From NCBI GenBank assembly GCA_964016885.1, contig OZ024747.1, forward strand, positions 37,324,001-37,388,000: a DNA stretch of 64,000 nucleotides. The letters run 5' to 3'. The notes beneath the pieces are model-generated. The model had not been told where the DNA came from, did not search any database, and saw nothing but the letters and a program-made list of their open reading frames with translations. Every line of letters starts with the position of its first letter. Position 1 is the stretch's first letter. The stretch comes from Eledone cirrhosa (taxonomy: Eukaryota). Below are positions 1 to 11,365 of this stretch, piece by piece. The position numbers and the translations under genes are program-made.

Positions 1-1371
1 TAGATTTTCTAGTTAATAAACCTCTCAGATTGCATTTAAATTGATAAACATTTTCGTCAATAAACATTTCACTGAATAAACATTGAAATCAGTAAACATC
101 TATCAGAGCTGAAGCAAAACGTATTGCAATAAGAGAAGAATGAATACAGAATGTAGTCATAGGAATTTAGAAACCGAAATTATGTAAATTTGTTGTTACT
201 ACCAAACCATTTTTCATTTCATATTTATCATTTATTCAAATTCAAAATCATAACTCATACATCGTCCCCCAATTATCATGTCAATTATCATAGTCCCCCA
301 ATTATCATGTCAACCAATTTAATGATGCCCAACAGTCATGTCACTCCTCTTGATATTATCTAGTAGTCAGAGCTTCAATCAAAAGAGAGAGCTTCAATCT
401 AATGAGAGGTCATTCAACCAGCTAGAAATAGCAGCCAAATCTCTTTCAAATCACATCCTACAATCTTAAAAGAAATCTTTAATAATGTAGTTCTTGCCAT
501 ACTACACATGGAGAAATATAGATAGTCATGGCTAAATTGCTGTATATCACTAAGATATTACTACAACTCAATCAGTAGTTACAGATCCATCCATATATAT
601 GATGAATGGAGAAAAATCTGTAATTTTCATTCCTATAAAAATTCCAGATTACATTTGATAATGTAGATAGAGTTTTTTTTTCAATGTGGAATGAATTCGT
701 AGATTGAATAGGTTCGTTAAAGCAAATATCCAAAAACAAACTACATGCATGGTAAATAAAAATGTCTTTCAATTTCTCTATCCTTAGACCATGATGTTTA
801 TATTAAAAAGGTTTTAGAAAGTGTTCACTATATATTCATATTCTGTTTTGGTGGATACTGGGGATTAAGGATGTTTAATATTTGTAGTGTTGATTTGAGC
901 AAAAGACTCCAACAATTTTATTTTTAATGTATATTTAATCCACTGTGGCACTGCATTTAATGTTTACTCACATTTATGTGAGTAAAATTTAATCAAAGTA
1001 AAAAAGTATTATAGGAGATATTGTGTATAGATGGAACCAGCCTTAATATCAGCAAATGGAAATCCACTCGAGCCATTCTTAGAAAGCAAACCTCTATAGT
1101 TATGAGAATCTAGAAATAAAAATTGGAGACCAACATAAAGATATCATTTAAAGAGAAATATATTACTTATATATATATATATATATACATAAATATATTT
1201 GTATTAAAAATTAGAATTGGAGCTCTGAAATAGCAATATATATATGGATGTATATATAATGTATTTTGCAATACACTTTATGCTTAATTAAAAGCATTTT
1301 GAAGACCGTATGCTATTGTTTTAGAGTAGTGACAAATTCACTTACTTTAATCTCAGCAAACAGGGGAGATA

Positions 1372-1417
1372 AGCCGACAAGGGCCTTGTTTCGCTTTTGT
1401 TGAAGCTTATCAAGGCT
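1372..1417 (-). ncRNA. Type-I hammerhead ribozyme, U3-A8 core variant (family A copy 1)
   Basis: Minus strand reads AGCC-UUGAUAA-GCUU caacaa AAGC-GAAA-CAAGG c CCUUG-UC-GGCU; stems I, II and III all pair; GUC cleavage triplet. Confidence 0.8.
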
Positions 1418-1689
1418 AACTACCCCTCCTGTCTACTGAGATTACTGATGTTATATTCTTATAGAATTCTAGTAAATAATCAGGAGCTGATTATACAGAG
1501 CGATTGTTGGTCAGGCAGAAATTAAAAATTAGAATTGGAGCTCTGAAATAGCAATATATATATGGATGTATATATAATGTATTTTGCAATACACTTTATG
1601 CTTAATTAAAAGCATTTTGAAGACCGTATGCTATTGTTTTAGAGTAGTGACAAATTCACTTACTTTAATCTCAGCAAACAGGGGAGATA

Positions 1690-1735
1690 AGCCGACAAGG
1701 GCCTTGTTTCGCTTTTGTTGAAGCTTATCAAGGCC
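1690..1735 (-). ncRNA. Type-I hammerhead ribozyme, U3-A8 variant (family A copy 2)
   Basis: Same motif 318 bp from copy 1, with one substitution in stem I. Confidence 0.75.
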
Positions 1736-1981
1736 AACTACCCCCCCCCCCCTACTCTAAAACAATAGCATACGGTCTTCAAAATGCTTTTAATTAAGCA
1801 TAAAGTGTATTGCAAAATACATTATATATACATCCATATATATATTGCTATTTCAGAGCTCCAATTCTAATTTTTAATTTCTGCCTGACCAACAATCGCT
1901 CTGTATAATCAGCTCCTGATTATTTACTAGAATTCTATAAGAATATAACATCAGTAATCTCAGTAGACAGGAGAGGTAGTT

Positions 1982-2027
1982 AGCCTTGATAAGCTTCAAC
2001 AAAAGCGAAACAAGGCCCTTGTCGGCT
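1982..2027 (+). ncRNA. Type-I hammerhead ribozyme, U3-A8 variant (family A inverted copy)
   Basis: agcc ttgataa gctt caacaa aagc gaaa caagg c ccttg tc ggct; stem I extends via GAGGUAG/UUAUCUC. Confidence 0.8.
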
Positions 2028-2140
2028 TATCTCCCCTGTTTGCTGAGATTAAAGTAAGTGAATTTGTCACTACTCTAAAACAATAGCATACGGTCTTCAA
2101 AATGCTTTTAATTAAGCATAAAGTGTATTGCATATTTGTA

Positions 2141-2460
2141 TTAGTTTTGCGAGGTTTTTGATATGAAATCGTGTGTCAAAACAAATATTGTTATACTTGG
2201 GGAGGGTCATATTTGTGTAATATTGCCAGAATTAATAACAGAACACACTCACTGTTTGGTTGGTTTTTGCTTTTCGCTTCTGTGTCTTTTATATCGGTAA
2301 TCTAATTTATTCAGTCCTCAATGTTGCCATTGACTGACCAGCGGTCAAAAATAATACAGATACAATATAGACACAAACACATATACATAGCGAAAACCAA
2401 CCAAACAGTGAGTGTGTTCTGTTATTAATTACACAAATATGACCCTCCCCAAGTATAAAA
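2141..2460. mobile_element. Non-coding repeat 'family B', partial copy followed by a short inverted copy
   Basis: Near-identical to the segments starting at 24405 and 38711; ~2388-2460 is the reverse complement of ~2190-2270. Confidence 0.8.
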
Positions 2461-2589
2461 ATATATTTGTATATACAATTATATTTTATAATATAACCAT
2501 GCATTTCATTCCTAAAACAAACTAGAGAATATGATACTCACACACACACATACACACATATATATGTGTGTGTGTGTGTGTGTAAACAA

Positions 2590-3590
2590 GAGATGTAGTG
2601 GGATCTCAGGCAGCCAAACAAAGATCGAAGATTTTACATGTGTTGAATGCAGTAAGCAGCAAGTGGTCACCAGAAACAAGGTCTATCAAATGCTCAGAGG
2701 GTTCTGTTGAAGTAGTTGAAGTAGGTGACCAAATTAGCAGAGGAAGTGGATGTTTGTAAAGTACAGTAGCAAGAGTGAGAACAAGATGGAAAATTTCAGG
2801 GATCTATTATTGCTGCTAGCTGCAAAAGATTTTTCCCTCAAAATGAAGGGCAGATTGTATGATGGTTGTGCACAAACAGCAATGCTGCATGGAAGTGAGT
2901 CGTGGGTGGTGTGTGCAGATGAACTATGAAGATTGGAAAGAAGCTTGCATGCTCTGATGGATGTGTAATAGTAATATATACGAATGATGAATAATCAATG
3001 ATGAGAATATATACGAATGATGAAGCATCAATGAGAGAAACTGGACATAAGAGAGATTAGATGCAGTGTACAGAAGAAATTGTGGTTGTATGGATATGTG
3101 ATGCATATGGAGGATGACAGCTGCATAAAAAGGTGCAGGGTGCTCAAAATTGAAAGAAACTATGGAAGGGCAATACCTAGGAAAGCATAGTATGAAGTAT
3201 TAAAAGTTGACCTTGCACAGTTAAACCTCTAAAAGGTGATATGCAGTACTGCAGACCAGCCTTTCCTGTGCAACCCATGCATGGAAAGCTGGACACTAAC
3301 CACATCTGCTCTCCCACAGTACTGGTGCCTCAACAAAATGTCCACATTTTATAGTGATCAAGCTGATGCCACAATTAAAAAGCACCCAGTCCATCTTGTA
3401 AAGTTGTAGTGTTGTAATGTGGTTGGTGTTGCGAAGTACATCCATACATAGAAACTGAACAAAAAACAGATCTCTATGAGCAAGACATGGTCACCTGACA
3501 TGACCTTGCTTACCTCATAATGAGACAACTCGTCTAACCCATTAAGCATTAAAAAATACATTAAATGGTGATGATGATGATGATGATATA
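2590..3590 (+). mobile_element. Degenerate RTE-clade LINE 3' fragment and 3' UTR with (GAT)n tail
   Basis: Clear similarity to 61550-62650 (KRCSGI, FSLKMKGRLYD, AMLHGSE motifs); tgatgatgat tail near 3570-3587. Confidence 0.75.
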
Positions 3591-3771
3591 TCCTCAAATA
3601 CAACTTTACATCAGCAAATAAAGTATTCTGACAGACCATCTGCCGACTTCATAATAAGAAGTCCCCCTTCATACCTTCTATCAGGAACATGTCTGAGGTT
3701 CTCTTCTCTTCAGATGACTTGGTACTACTTAACTTAACAGAAGATGATCTCCAATTAATAGGTTTTTACTA

Positions 3772-3960
3772 ATAATTGTTTCTACTTTTGGCACAAGGCC
3801 AGCAATTACCCAGTGCATTACTGGTACTTTATTTTATCGACCCCGTAAGGATGAAAGGCAAAGTTAATCTCGGCGGGATTTGAACTCAGAATGGCAAGGG
3901 GCGTAACTCTATGCGTCAAAGCATGGCGTCCGACCCTCTACCGATACTGCCAATCCGCCT
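3772..3960 (-). mobile_element. tRNA-derived SINE with Meta-like core; further copies at ~12930-13150, 14435-14620, 17845-18035, 25525-25655, 28255-28545, 30750-30965, 32420-32600, 49720-50010
   Basis: Minus strand has A box TGGCAGTATCGG, B box GAGTTCAAATCC and core GCCTTTCATCCTTACGGGGTCGATAAAATAAAGTACCAG, repeated many times in the window. Confidence 0.85.
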
Positions 3961-4096
3961 AATAATGGTTAGCTTTAACTTTCATCCTTACAGGGTTGAT
4001 AATGTAAAGAACCAGTAAAGCACTGATGTTGATTTAATCAACTTTCTCTTCCCCAAAAAATTGTTGAGCCTTGTGCCTAAATCAGAAGCCATTATG

Positions 4097-4265
4097 GGTT
4101 TGATTCCCAGACTGGCAACCTCTGGGTTTGATTCCCAGACTGGCAGCCTCTGGGTTTGATTCCTAGACTGGCAGCCTCTGGGTTTGATACCCAGACTGGA
4201 GCCTCTAAGGTGTTGGGACTCACTGTCATAAAGGATGTGGGTTCAACTCCCAGACTGGGAGCCTC
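4097..4265 (+). repeat. ~28-bp tandem repeat of a B-box-like motif
   Basis: gggtttgattcccagactggca(a/g)cctct four times, plus a spaced fifth copy gggttcaactcccagactgg. Confidence 0.8.
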
Positions 4266-4389
4266 CTATCGCTGAAACACCTGAGAAGAAAAACCTCCTC
4301 ATATGAAGCCAGCTACATATACACAAGTGTGAGCTGTGACAATGTAAGAAAGAGACTTTAAACACCAATCTACAAGATGCAATCTTGTA

Positions 4390-4850
4390 GGGGCCAGCTA
4401 AACCTACACAGGTGTGAGTTGTAATTGTAAGATATGACAGGGGTTCCTTTATTTAAAACACCCAAGTGTCCTCCTATGAAGTACGACATTGTATGAAGCC
4501 TGCTAAACCTATATAGGTGTGTGTTGTAAGAACATGGTAGGTTTAGGGACCCTATCATTAAAACACTTCCTAAACCTCCTATGAGATACAATCTCATAGG
4601 AGACTAGCTAAACCTGCATTGGGAGGGGCTGTAACAACATGATAGCCCAATGGTCCGTATCATTAAAACACCTAGGATATTTCCTATGCAATAACTGTGA
4701 TTTTCGTGATAGGTCTAGGGCCCTTATTAAAATATTTCAGAAACCTCCAATGAGAAAACAACCTCATAGGAGGCTAGTTAAATCTTCATTGGTAGGGGCT
4801 GTGACATAATACAAGACCCCTATCAGTAAAAACCCCTGGGAAATCTATGA
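4390..4850 (+). repeat. Degenerate ~105-bp tandem repeat
   Basis: Recurring gctaaacct ... attaaaacac ... ctcctatga blocks. Confidence 0.55.
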
Positions 4851-5129
4851 TTTGTACATTATTCTATGTACTATACATGCACCTTTGATGAGTTGTAGTG
4901 CACCTGAGCACTGTACACAATAATTTTCATTATTATTTCATTAAATTTAAAGAAAAAAACTTCTTTAAATACATCAATTACTCAATATGAAGATTTGAAG
5001 CTAATCAATAATCAAATCATAATTAAAGATTTGCATAAAACATGTCTTATGTTTTAAGATATTGTAAAATTACCAGCAGTGCAATCAAATATTTAAAGCC
5101 ATATGCCGCGAATCGAAATATCACAATCC

Positions 5130-5480
5130 CGAATAGAAGCGGCCAAAATGGAGTTCCTCTGAAGAGTGTTTGGAATAACGTTACTCAATAGTGTTTAGCT
5201 CGGAGACCAGAGAGTCACTCCAGGTAGAGCTACTCCTTCTCCGAATTGAGAGATCACAGTTATGATACTATGGGCATGTGGTTAGAATGTTTCAAGAAAG
5301 AATCACTGGACAGATTTTGTGAGCAAAAGCAACAGGAGGACCCAGGGACAGACCCAGAGCAAGATGAGCTTGGCTGGTCTCACTTGGAAATCCAGCTGGA
5401 TCAGTTGCTTCTGATAGCACCTGTTGGAAAGAGTGTTTGAGGATTCTACCCTCACGACCCTCTCAGGAAAAAGTGAGCAA
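5130..5480 (+). mobile_element. Degenerate RTE-like LINE C-terminal fragment
   Basis: Broken reading MEFL*RVFGITL...LLLLRIERSQL*YYGHVVRM...RRPRDRPRAR, typical of the RTE ORF end. Confidence 0.6.
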
Positions 5481-6599
5481 AGAAGAAGAGATGCTGGGAA
5501 TCCCTTTAGAGTGAATGCAGCAGAAATAACTGTATTTTATAATGAAAGTATAATTTCTGAGTTATAGTTGTTTGGCAAGTGACTAAGACCTCAGTAAAAC
5601 TGTCAATGATGATCACAGATAGAGTGATGAAAACTTTGATATCAGGAATTAAATGATTAACAAAGTAAAGTTGATCATTTTTTTGTGTTTTCAAGCAGAT
5701 AATTTGGCTCCTTCATTCAGTAACTTTTGTAAAACTACAATGGATACAATGGAAGTATGGAGTGTACCTCTTAAATCCAGCAACTGAGGGAGGTCCTTGA
5801 CTGACCACAAACAATGCCATAAATCAAAAATTATCCCCTAAGGTGAATACATATTTGATGTTCTGCCATCACAGTCCACACACATACATAAGATGATATC
5901 CTCGAGATAAAATACAGCATCTTAACTATGCTATAACCCACACCAATGCCCTGCATTGTCTACCTTGCTTCAGATGTTATTTGAGGGAAAGTACAGCTCC
6001 ACTTGTTGTGGAGTGTGACTGAGTGTGCGTCTTTATATACATATATGATGACTGCAACTTAATTTTGAGTAATACCATAATTTGATACTTAAGCATGATT
6101 ATCACAGACATGGCTTTTTAGTCCTGCTCGGGACTTACCTATGGCCAGCAATGTCATGCATTGCAAAAAATGTCACATATCAAGCGGTGCCTGTGCTTGA
6201 AACTTTTTTAAGTGAAGAAAGGCTTTATATGGGGGCAATCCCACTCTCTGAACATTGAATGCATTTACCCAGTGAAATATAGTTTGATACCAAACCACCT
6301 GAAACTGGTTCTACAATACAAAACTGTTTTAAAGTGTTTAAATACACCTGAAAGCCTTCCTTCTTAATTGTATAAAAAAACCTTTATTATATTATGTCCC
6401 AAATATTGGCTTAATAATGAGAGAGTCAGATTTTTTACATTAAAATTTTGTATGTATAAATTCTCGATTACAATTTCATGCACTGAATGTACTATATATA
6501 AACCTCATTAGGAGAAAATATATATATATACATTATTCTCAACATCCAAAACATAAACATACACATACCAACCATAATTAAATATGGAATGATACGCGA

Positions 6600-7165
6600 A
6601 GTGCAGCAGAACCCGGGTTAGTTGCAAACTGCATCAGGTTGCGGCTGCAGAAAGTGTCGGTGCAAGTGGCATCCCAGACGAGGGGTTTGCCACTGCGGAA
6701 CGGGAAGATGGTCATGCCATCTGGCCTTTTGCCATCCCCTCGAGCCAGCCCAACCAGCTCGAGCTGGGAAGGGAAGCCTACAGCGTCCAAGCCATGCTTT
6801 ATGACCTCGCTGAGGGCAGTATGGCATGGAAGGTGGCTGGCACTGTGGCAACAGGAAAGCGGGTGGAGGCCAAAAGGGTCCACAGTGGATCCTCAGCGAC
6901 ATTGGTGTGGCTCGCAGATCTGGAGGCCGAGCCTCAAGGAAACGCTGATGCGCAGGCTATTGTTGTCTAGCTGCGTGCCAGTGGAGAAGGAGGGCAGGAC
7001 ATAGAGCCAGGCACTACTGTGGAGTTTGGAGGCCACATGAAAACAGGCAAGGCAGTGATGGTCGAGCTGGCGCGGATGCCTGTCTTAGACCAGGCTGCAC
7101 TGGATGGCATCCCAAAGATACGCCGGCAAAGCCAGTGAAATCGGGAACCGGAGGCCAAGGCTGCC
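6600..7165 (-). mobile_element. Fragment of a non-LTR retrotransposon with restriction-like endonuclease (CRE-like)
   Basis: [13 protein letters not shown]...DPFGLHPLSC zinc knuckle, then RGDGKRPDG...LVWDATCTDT PD-(D/E)xK motif; GC-rich island. Confidence 0.8.
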
Positions 7166-7839
7166 ATAAATATATGTAAATTTGGTAATTTGCTGTTTAT
7201 TCTAATTTTTGTTTCTGAGTAACCCATACACAAAAATTAGAAGTTGTGGGAACTGAGTGGCATGTAAATGAAGAGAGGAATGTCATTAAAACTGAAGGGA
7301 GAGTTGTAAGCTGTGTGTGAGAGAAATGCCATGATTAATGGGAGCAAGACGGGGGTGATAGACATTCATCTCCCATAATGTGGAGTAATAGATAAGGATG
7401 CAAAGTGCAAAATTGAGGATGGTAAGGTGGATGAGTGGAGTATTAAATTGAAATGCAGAGGTTGATGGGAATAGAACCAGTGATGCATGTTGTGGAGAGG
7501 AATGGAATTATATGGTTGGGTTATGGGTAGAGGAAGGATGAAAGTCACTGGGTGATAAGAGGAATTGAAATGAATGTGGCAGAAGGTAGAAAAAAGGTAT
7601 AACCAAAAAATACATAACTGGTGATAATAGTGGAGGAAATGAAAGCCAAAGTCATGAGGGAGAATGCAGCCAATATGTATAGAACTTTGTTGTGGGGCCT
7701 GAAAGATTTTTAGCAGGAAAATGGCCAAAGTACTTAATGATGTTATATGAGGGGCCCAGGAAAAATGAATTACTCTGAGCCTCCTCCCACGAAGGTCTAA
7801 ATCTAGCCCTGCATATATATATATATATATACATATATA

Positions 7840-9144
7840 CAGGGTGTTCGGGATAAATTTGACAGTTTCATCAGGAAAAAGAAAAAGTGCTTGGTATCTA
7901 CAAAATTTATTTTATTTAAAAGAAATTCAATGGACAAGGAAATTACACTATTGTCAAAGAGTTTTACTCAAAATAACCGCCATTAGCGTCTATTACAGCC
8001 TCAATCCGGGCCCAGAACCTGGAGCAAGCTGATTTTACACTTTCCCTGGGAAGGCCCTCAAAAACTACTTTAATTCTGTCGATTAACTGGGCTTTTGTAG
8101 TACTGGCACGGCGATTGGTGTCTTTCTCTACAGCGCCCCATACATAATAGTCCATCGGGTTAAGATCAGGGGAGTTCGGAGGCCAAACATTGGGACTGGT
8201 GTAGTCGTAAAAATTGGCTGACAACCATTTTTGACTTTTCCACGAGGTGTGGCAGGGGGCCGAATCCTGCTGCCATACATACGGCCTATTATTGGCTACC
8301 CTTGTTATCCAGGGCTTAACTACAGTGGTTAGCAATTCCACGTAGGCATCTGAATTCAACCTGAGACCCTGTTTGAAAAAATGCGGAGGCATCACATGAC
8401 CCTCGGAGGACACACATCCAAAACCATGACAGTTTGGGAAAATTTAGTCTGCATGACTCGAGGAGTGTCCTTTGGACTGTATGCAAGTCATCTGTTATTC
8501 TGCGTGTTGTGTTTTTGATCTTGGCAAAAGTTTTTCTCATCGGAAAAGAACCAGATTGTTTGTGCTTCAGCAGGATGTTTCACTTTGCTCAGAAGTTTCT
8601 TCGCCTTTGTCAGACGATTTTCGCGGGCCTTTTCTGTGAGAAGTTGACCTCTGCGACGCTTGTATGAGTAGTAGCGAAGGTCTTCATTGAGTGCAATTTT
8701 CATAGTAGAGGCTGAAACATTCAATTCACACAACAAAGACCGAATTCCGATGCCAGGGTCCTCCAACACTTTTTTCTGCAGATTTTCGATGAATTCTGCT
8801 GTGCGAGAGCAATCAGATCTTCTGTTATGTTTCTTTCTTCTAGCCACAGCCTCGTAGTCTCCATTGCAATTCTTCAGTTCATGCCGGATTGTTATTACAG
8901 TGTTCAGGGAGCATTGAGCAGCGACCATAATCTCCTTATTTTGATGGCCGGCGCGAATCATCATGATACAAGTTATTCTCTTCCATGATTCAGGTGGCTC
9001 CCAGTCATCCATTCTAGTTGTCATCACATATATGAATGAAGGAGGGTTTAAACTTTCAAATAAAGCCTAGTGGGCATGAATGAATTTAAAACATCTGAAA
9101 AAACAACCAAATATTATTCTGTCAAATTTATTCCGAACACCCTG
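7840..9144 (-). mobile_element. Tc1/mariner-superfamily DD37D (maT) transposon with disrupted transposase
   Basis: TIRs CAGGGTGTTCGG(G/A)ATAAATTTGACAG flanked by TA; motifs FSDEKNF, QQDSAPCH, WPPNSPDLNPMD with 37 aa between the second and third D; stop at 8488-8490 and frameshift near 8420. Confidence 0.92.
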
Positions 9145-9152
9145 TATATATA

Positions 9153-9364
9153 TATAAGGAAAAAAGATGAAATCGAAAATGCAACTGGAGTCTTATTTTT
9201 TTTAAAGTATATATATTTATTTGGTTCCTTTACCGGTTTTGCAGTTCTTCTGCTTTTCAGAAAAGCAGAAGAACTGCGAAACTGGTAAAGGAACCAAATA
9301 AATATATATATATTTTTTAAATAAGACTCTAGTTGCATTTTAGATTTCCTCTTTTTTCCTTATA
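9153..9364. repeat. Near-perfect fold-back (~105-bp arms) centred at 9259, containing the 3' half of a hammerhead
   Basis: Arms are reverse complements; right arm reads GCAG aagaa CTGC GAAAC TG GTA aagg; left arm has the palindromic ACCGGT version. Confidence 0.8.
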
Positions 9365-9419
9365 CTTTCACTCGTGTAGGACACCTCGGTTATTTTTCAT
9401 TTTGTAAACAAAAACTCAC

Positions 9420-9450
<31 letters not shown>

Positions 9451-9452
<2 letters not shown>

Positions 9453-10188
9453 AACGGAAAAAATGAAACGAAATTTCATTTCCCACTCTTAGTACGGCTG
9501 TTACTTAAATATAAGTATGTACACGTACATACATATATGTATACAGACGTACAGTAGTATGTATATATATATACATACTTGCACACATATATATATGTAC
9601 GTATGGATTCACCGAACATTTATTATAATGCTCGGTGTGTTTGTAAACAAACATCCTGTATTAAGCTGTAGTGTCTAGCAACCATCGTTGCTCGTTTGTT
9701 CAACACTGACAAAGGAACGCTGTACTAGTTTCAAGCTTATTAGCTATCGTCAGCAACGTATACCTTCCTGCCAGATTGTTGAACGTATATACTTACCTTA
9801 TGCATATTAACGGTTGAGTAGCCCAATTTGCATATCGAGTGGGTTAATCGGCCGGGTGCACCGAAAACGATAAACGGAAAAAATGAAACGAAATTTCATT
9901 TCCCACTCTTAGTACGGCTGTTACTTAAATATAAGTATGAACAAACGAGCAACGATGGTTGCTTGACACTACGGCTTAATACGGGATGTTTGTTTACAAA
10001 CACACCGAGCATTATAATAAATGTTCGGTGAATCCATACGTACATATATATATATGTTTGCATGTATATATATATATATACATACTACTGTACGTCTGTA
10101 TACATATATGTATGTACGTGTACATACTTATATTTAAGTAACAGCCGTACTAAGAGTGGGAAATGAAATTTCGTTTCATTTTTTCCGT
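9451..10188. mobile_element. HHR-bearing repeat 'family C': 420-bp unit, partial tandem copy (9871-9939) and inverted copy (9939-10188), within (TA)n
   Basis: taaacggaaaaaatgaaacg at 9451 and 9871; 9939-10188 is the reverse complement of ~9454-9702. Confidence 0.85.
9717..9759 (-). ncRNA. Minimal type-I hammerhead ribozyme
   Basis: ACGUUG-CUGACGA-U AGCU aaua AGCU U-GAAAC UA GUA-CAGCGU; 6-bp stem I; palindromic stem III ACUAGU. Confidence 0.85.
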
Positions 10189-10569
10189 ATATATATATAT
10201 ATACTTCCATATATATATATACTTTTCCTGAGTCCTGTATTTTCGTTGCCGTGTTAATGCGGCTGGACTGCCGATCGCTATATTTGATTTGCTAAGCTGT
10301 CTAAACGTATTGTTATTACTCTGGGGTACTATTCCCATTCGAGTGTTAAAGCTACATACCGAATTTGCATTCGTTAGCTTGGCCGCAAACTAAAGCTTCG
10401 TTAATGCTGTACTAAAATTTGTATATATATATAGATATAGATATATGGCTTTGAGGAACAATCAACATGTTTCTGGGTTATTACTCATCATTTATGTATC
10501 AGCTGTGCTAGGGTGAGAAATAAAATTCTAAAAATTCTAATTTTATATATATATATGTGTGTGTGTGCG

Positions 10570-10600
<31 letters not shown>

Positions 10601-11254
10601 ATTTTTTGCTCAATTATTCTTGGCAGAATCCTGAAGCATGCCCTCCAGATGACGGTGCACGAGGGCTTAGCCAAAGGGGAATAAAATATAGATGCACTCT
10701 ATTGAAATATAATCATACATGCTTTTGAAATAAATAAATAAAGGAAAATGGAAAGGTTTTATGAAATTGAAATAAACGATGTACCTAAAATTACATAATA
10801 GCAAAGTTTACATTTTTTCCCAAATAAATATGCCGACAATATAGACAGCTTGAAATTACAAATACAAATGTTGTAGCTAACAAAATTCAACTCATTCACA
10901 TATTTTAATAGCTATGGCATTAGAAAGAATAGATGTGTCAATCAGTTACACACTACAAGGTAGTGCCAGATTTAGGACAAACGAGGTCCTGTGCTAGTTA
11001 AGTTATGAGACCGCTTTCTTGGACCCCGAAGGAGGTAAAAAGATGTTTTGATAGGAAGATGGGCCCCTTTCCAAGGCCAACGGGTTCCTGTGCTTAAACA
11101 CCAGTAAGCACAATGGTAAATCCTGCACTGGATGCCGGAGCCTACCACTAATAATTCTTGAAGTAAGCCAACATACTGGTAGTGTTACTGCAGGTGATAG
11201 CGAGACTGAGATGCTGGAACAATCAAGCACCATCACGGGCATCACCTGATACCT

Positions 11255-11365
11255 CGGTATGGTCGGATGATGGCAAGGCTAATGCGTTGCAACAACCAAA
11301 ACACGCTCACAGGTATCATAAGGCGAGCCGCCAACGATGAGAAAATAGTCTGACGGTAATTCCTG
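11255..11365 (-). mobile_element. Probable C-terminal remnant of a CRE-like RLE retrotransposon
   Basis: Reads ...WLLQRISLAIIR, matching the typical end of these ORFs. Confidence 0.4.

Larger units (their letters stand above)
1203..2131. mobile_element. HHR-bearing non-coding repeat 'family A': 318-bp unit in partial tandem (1203-1740) plus inverted copy (1752-2131); PLE pseudo-LTR/retrozyme-like
   Basis: attaaaaattagaattggagc recurs at 1203 and 1521 (318-bp period); 1752-2131 is the reverse complement of ~1266-1647; starts just after a (TA)n tract; each unit carries a hammerhead. Confidence 0.85.

Noticed and set aside
3880-3960. tRNA genes
   Set aside because: The A and B boxes belong to SINE heads; there is no complete cloverleaf
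6618-7004. Alternative overlapping ORFs in the GC-rich island
   Set aside because: Shadow frames of the RLE retrotransposon fragment
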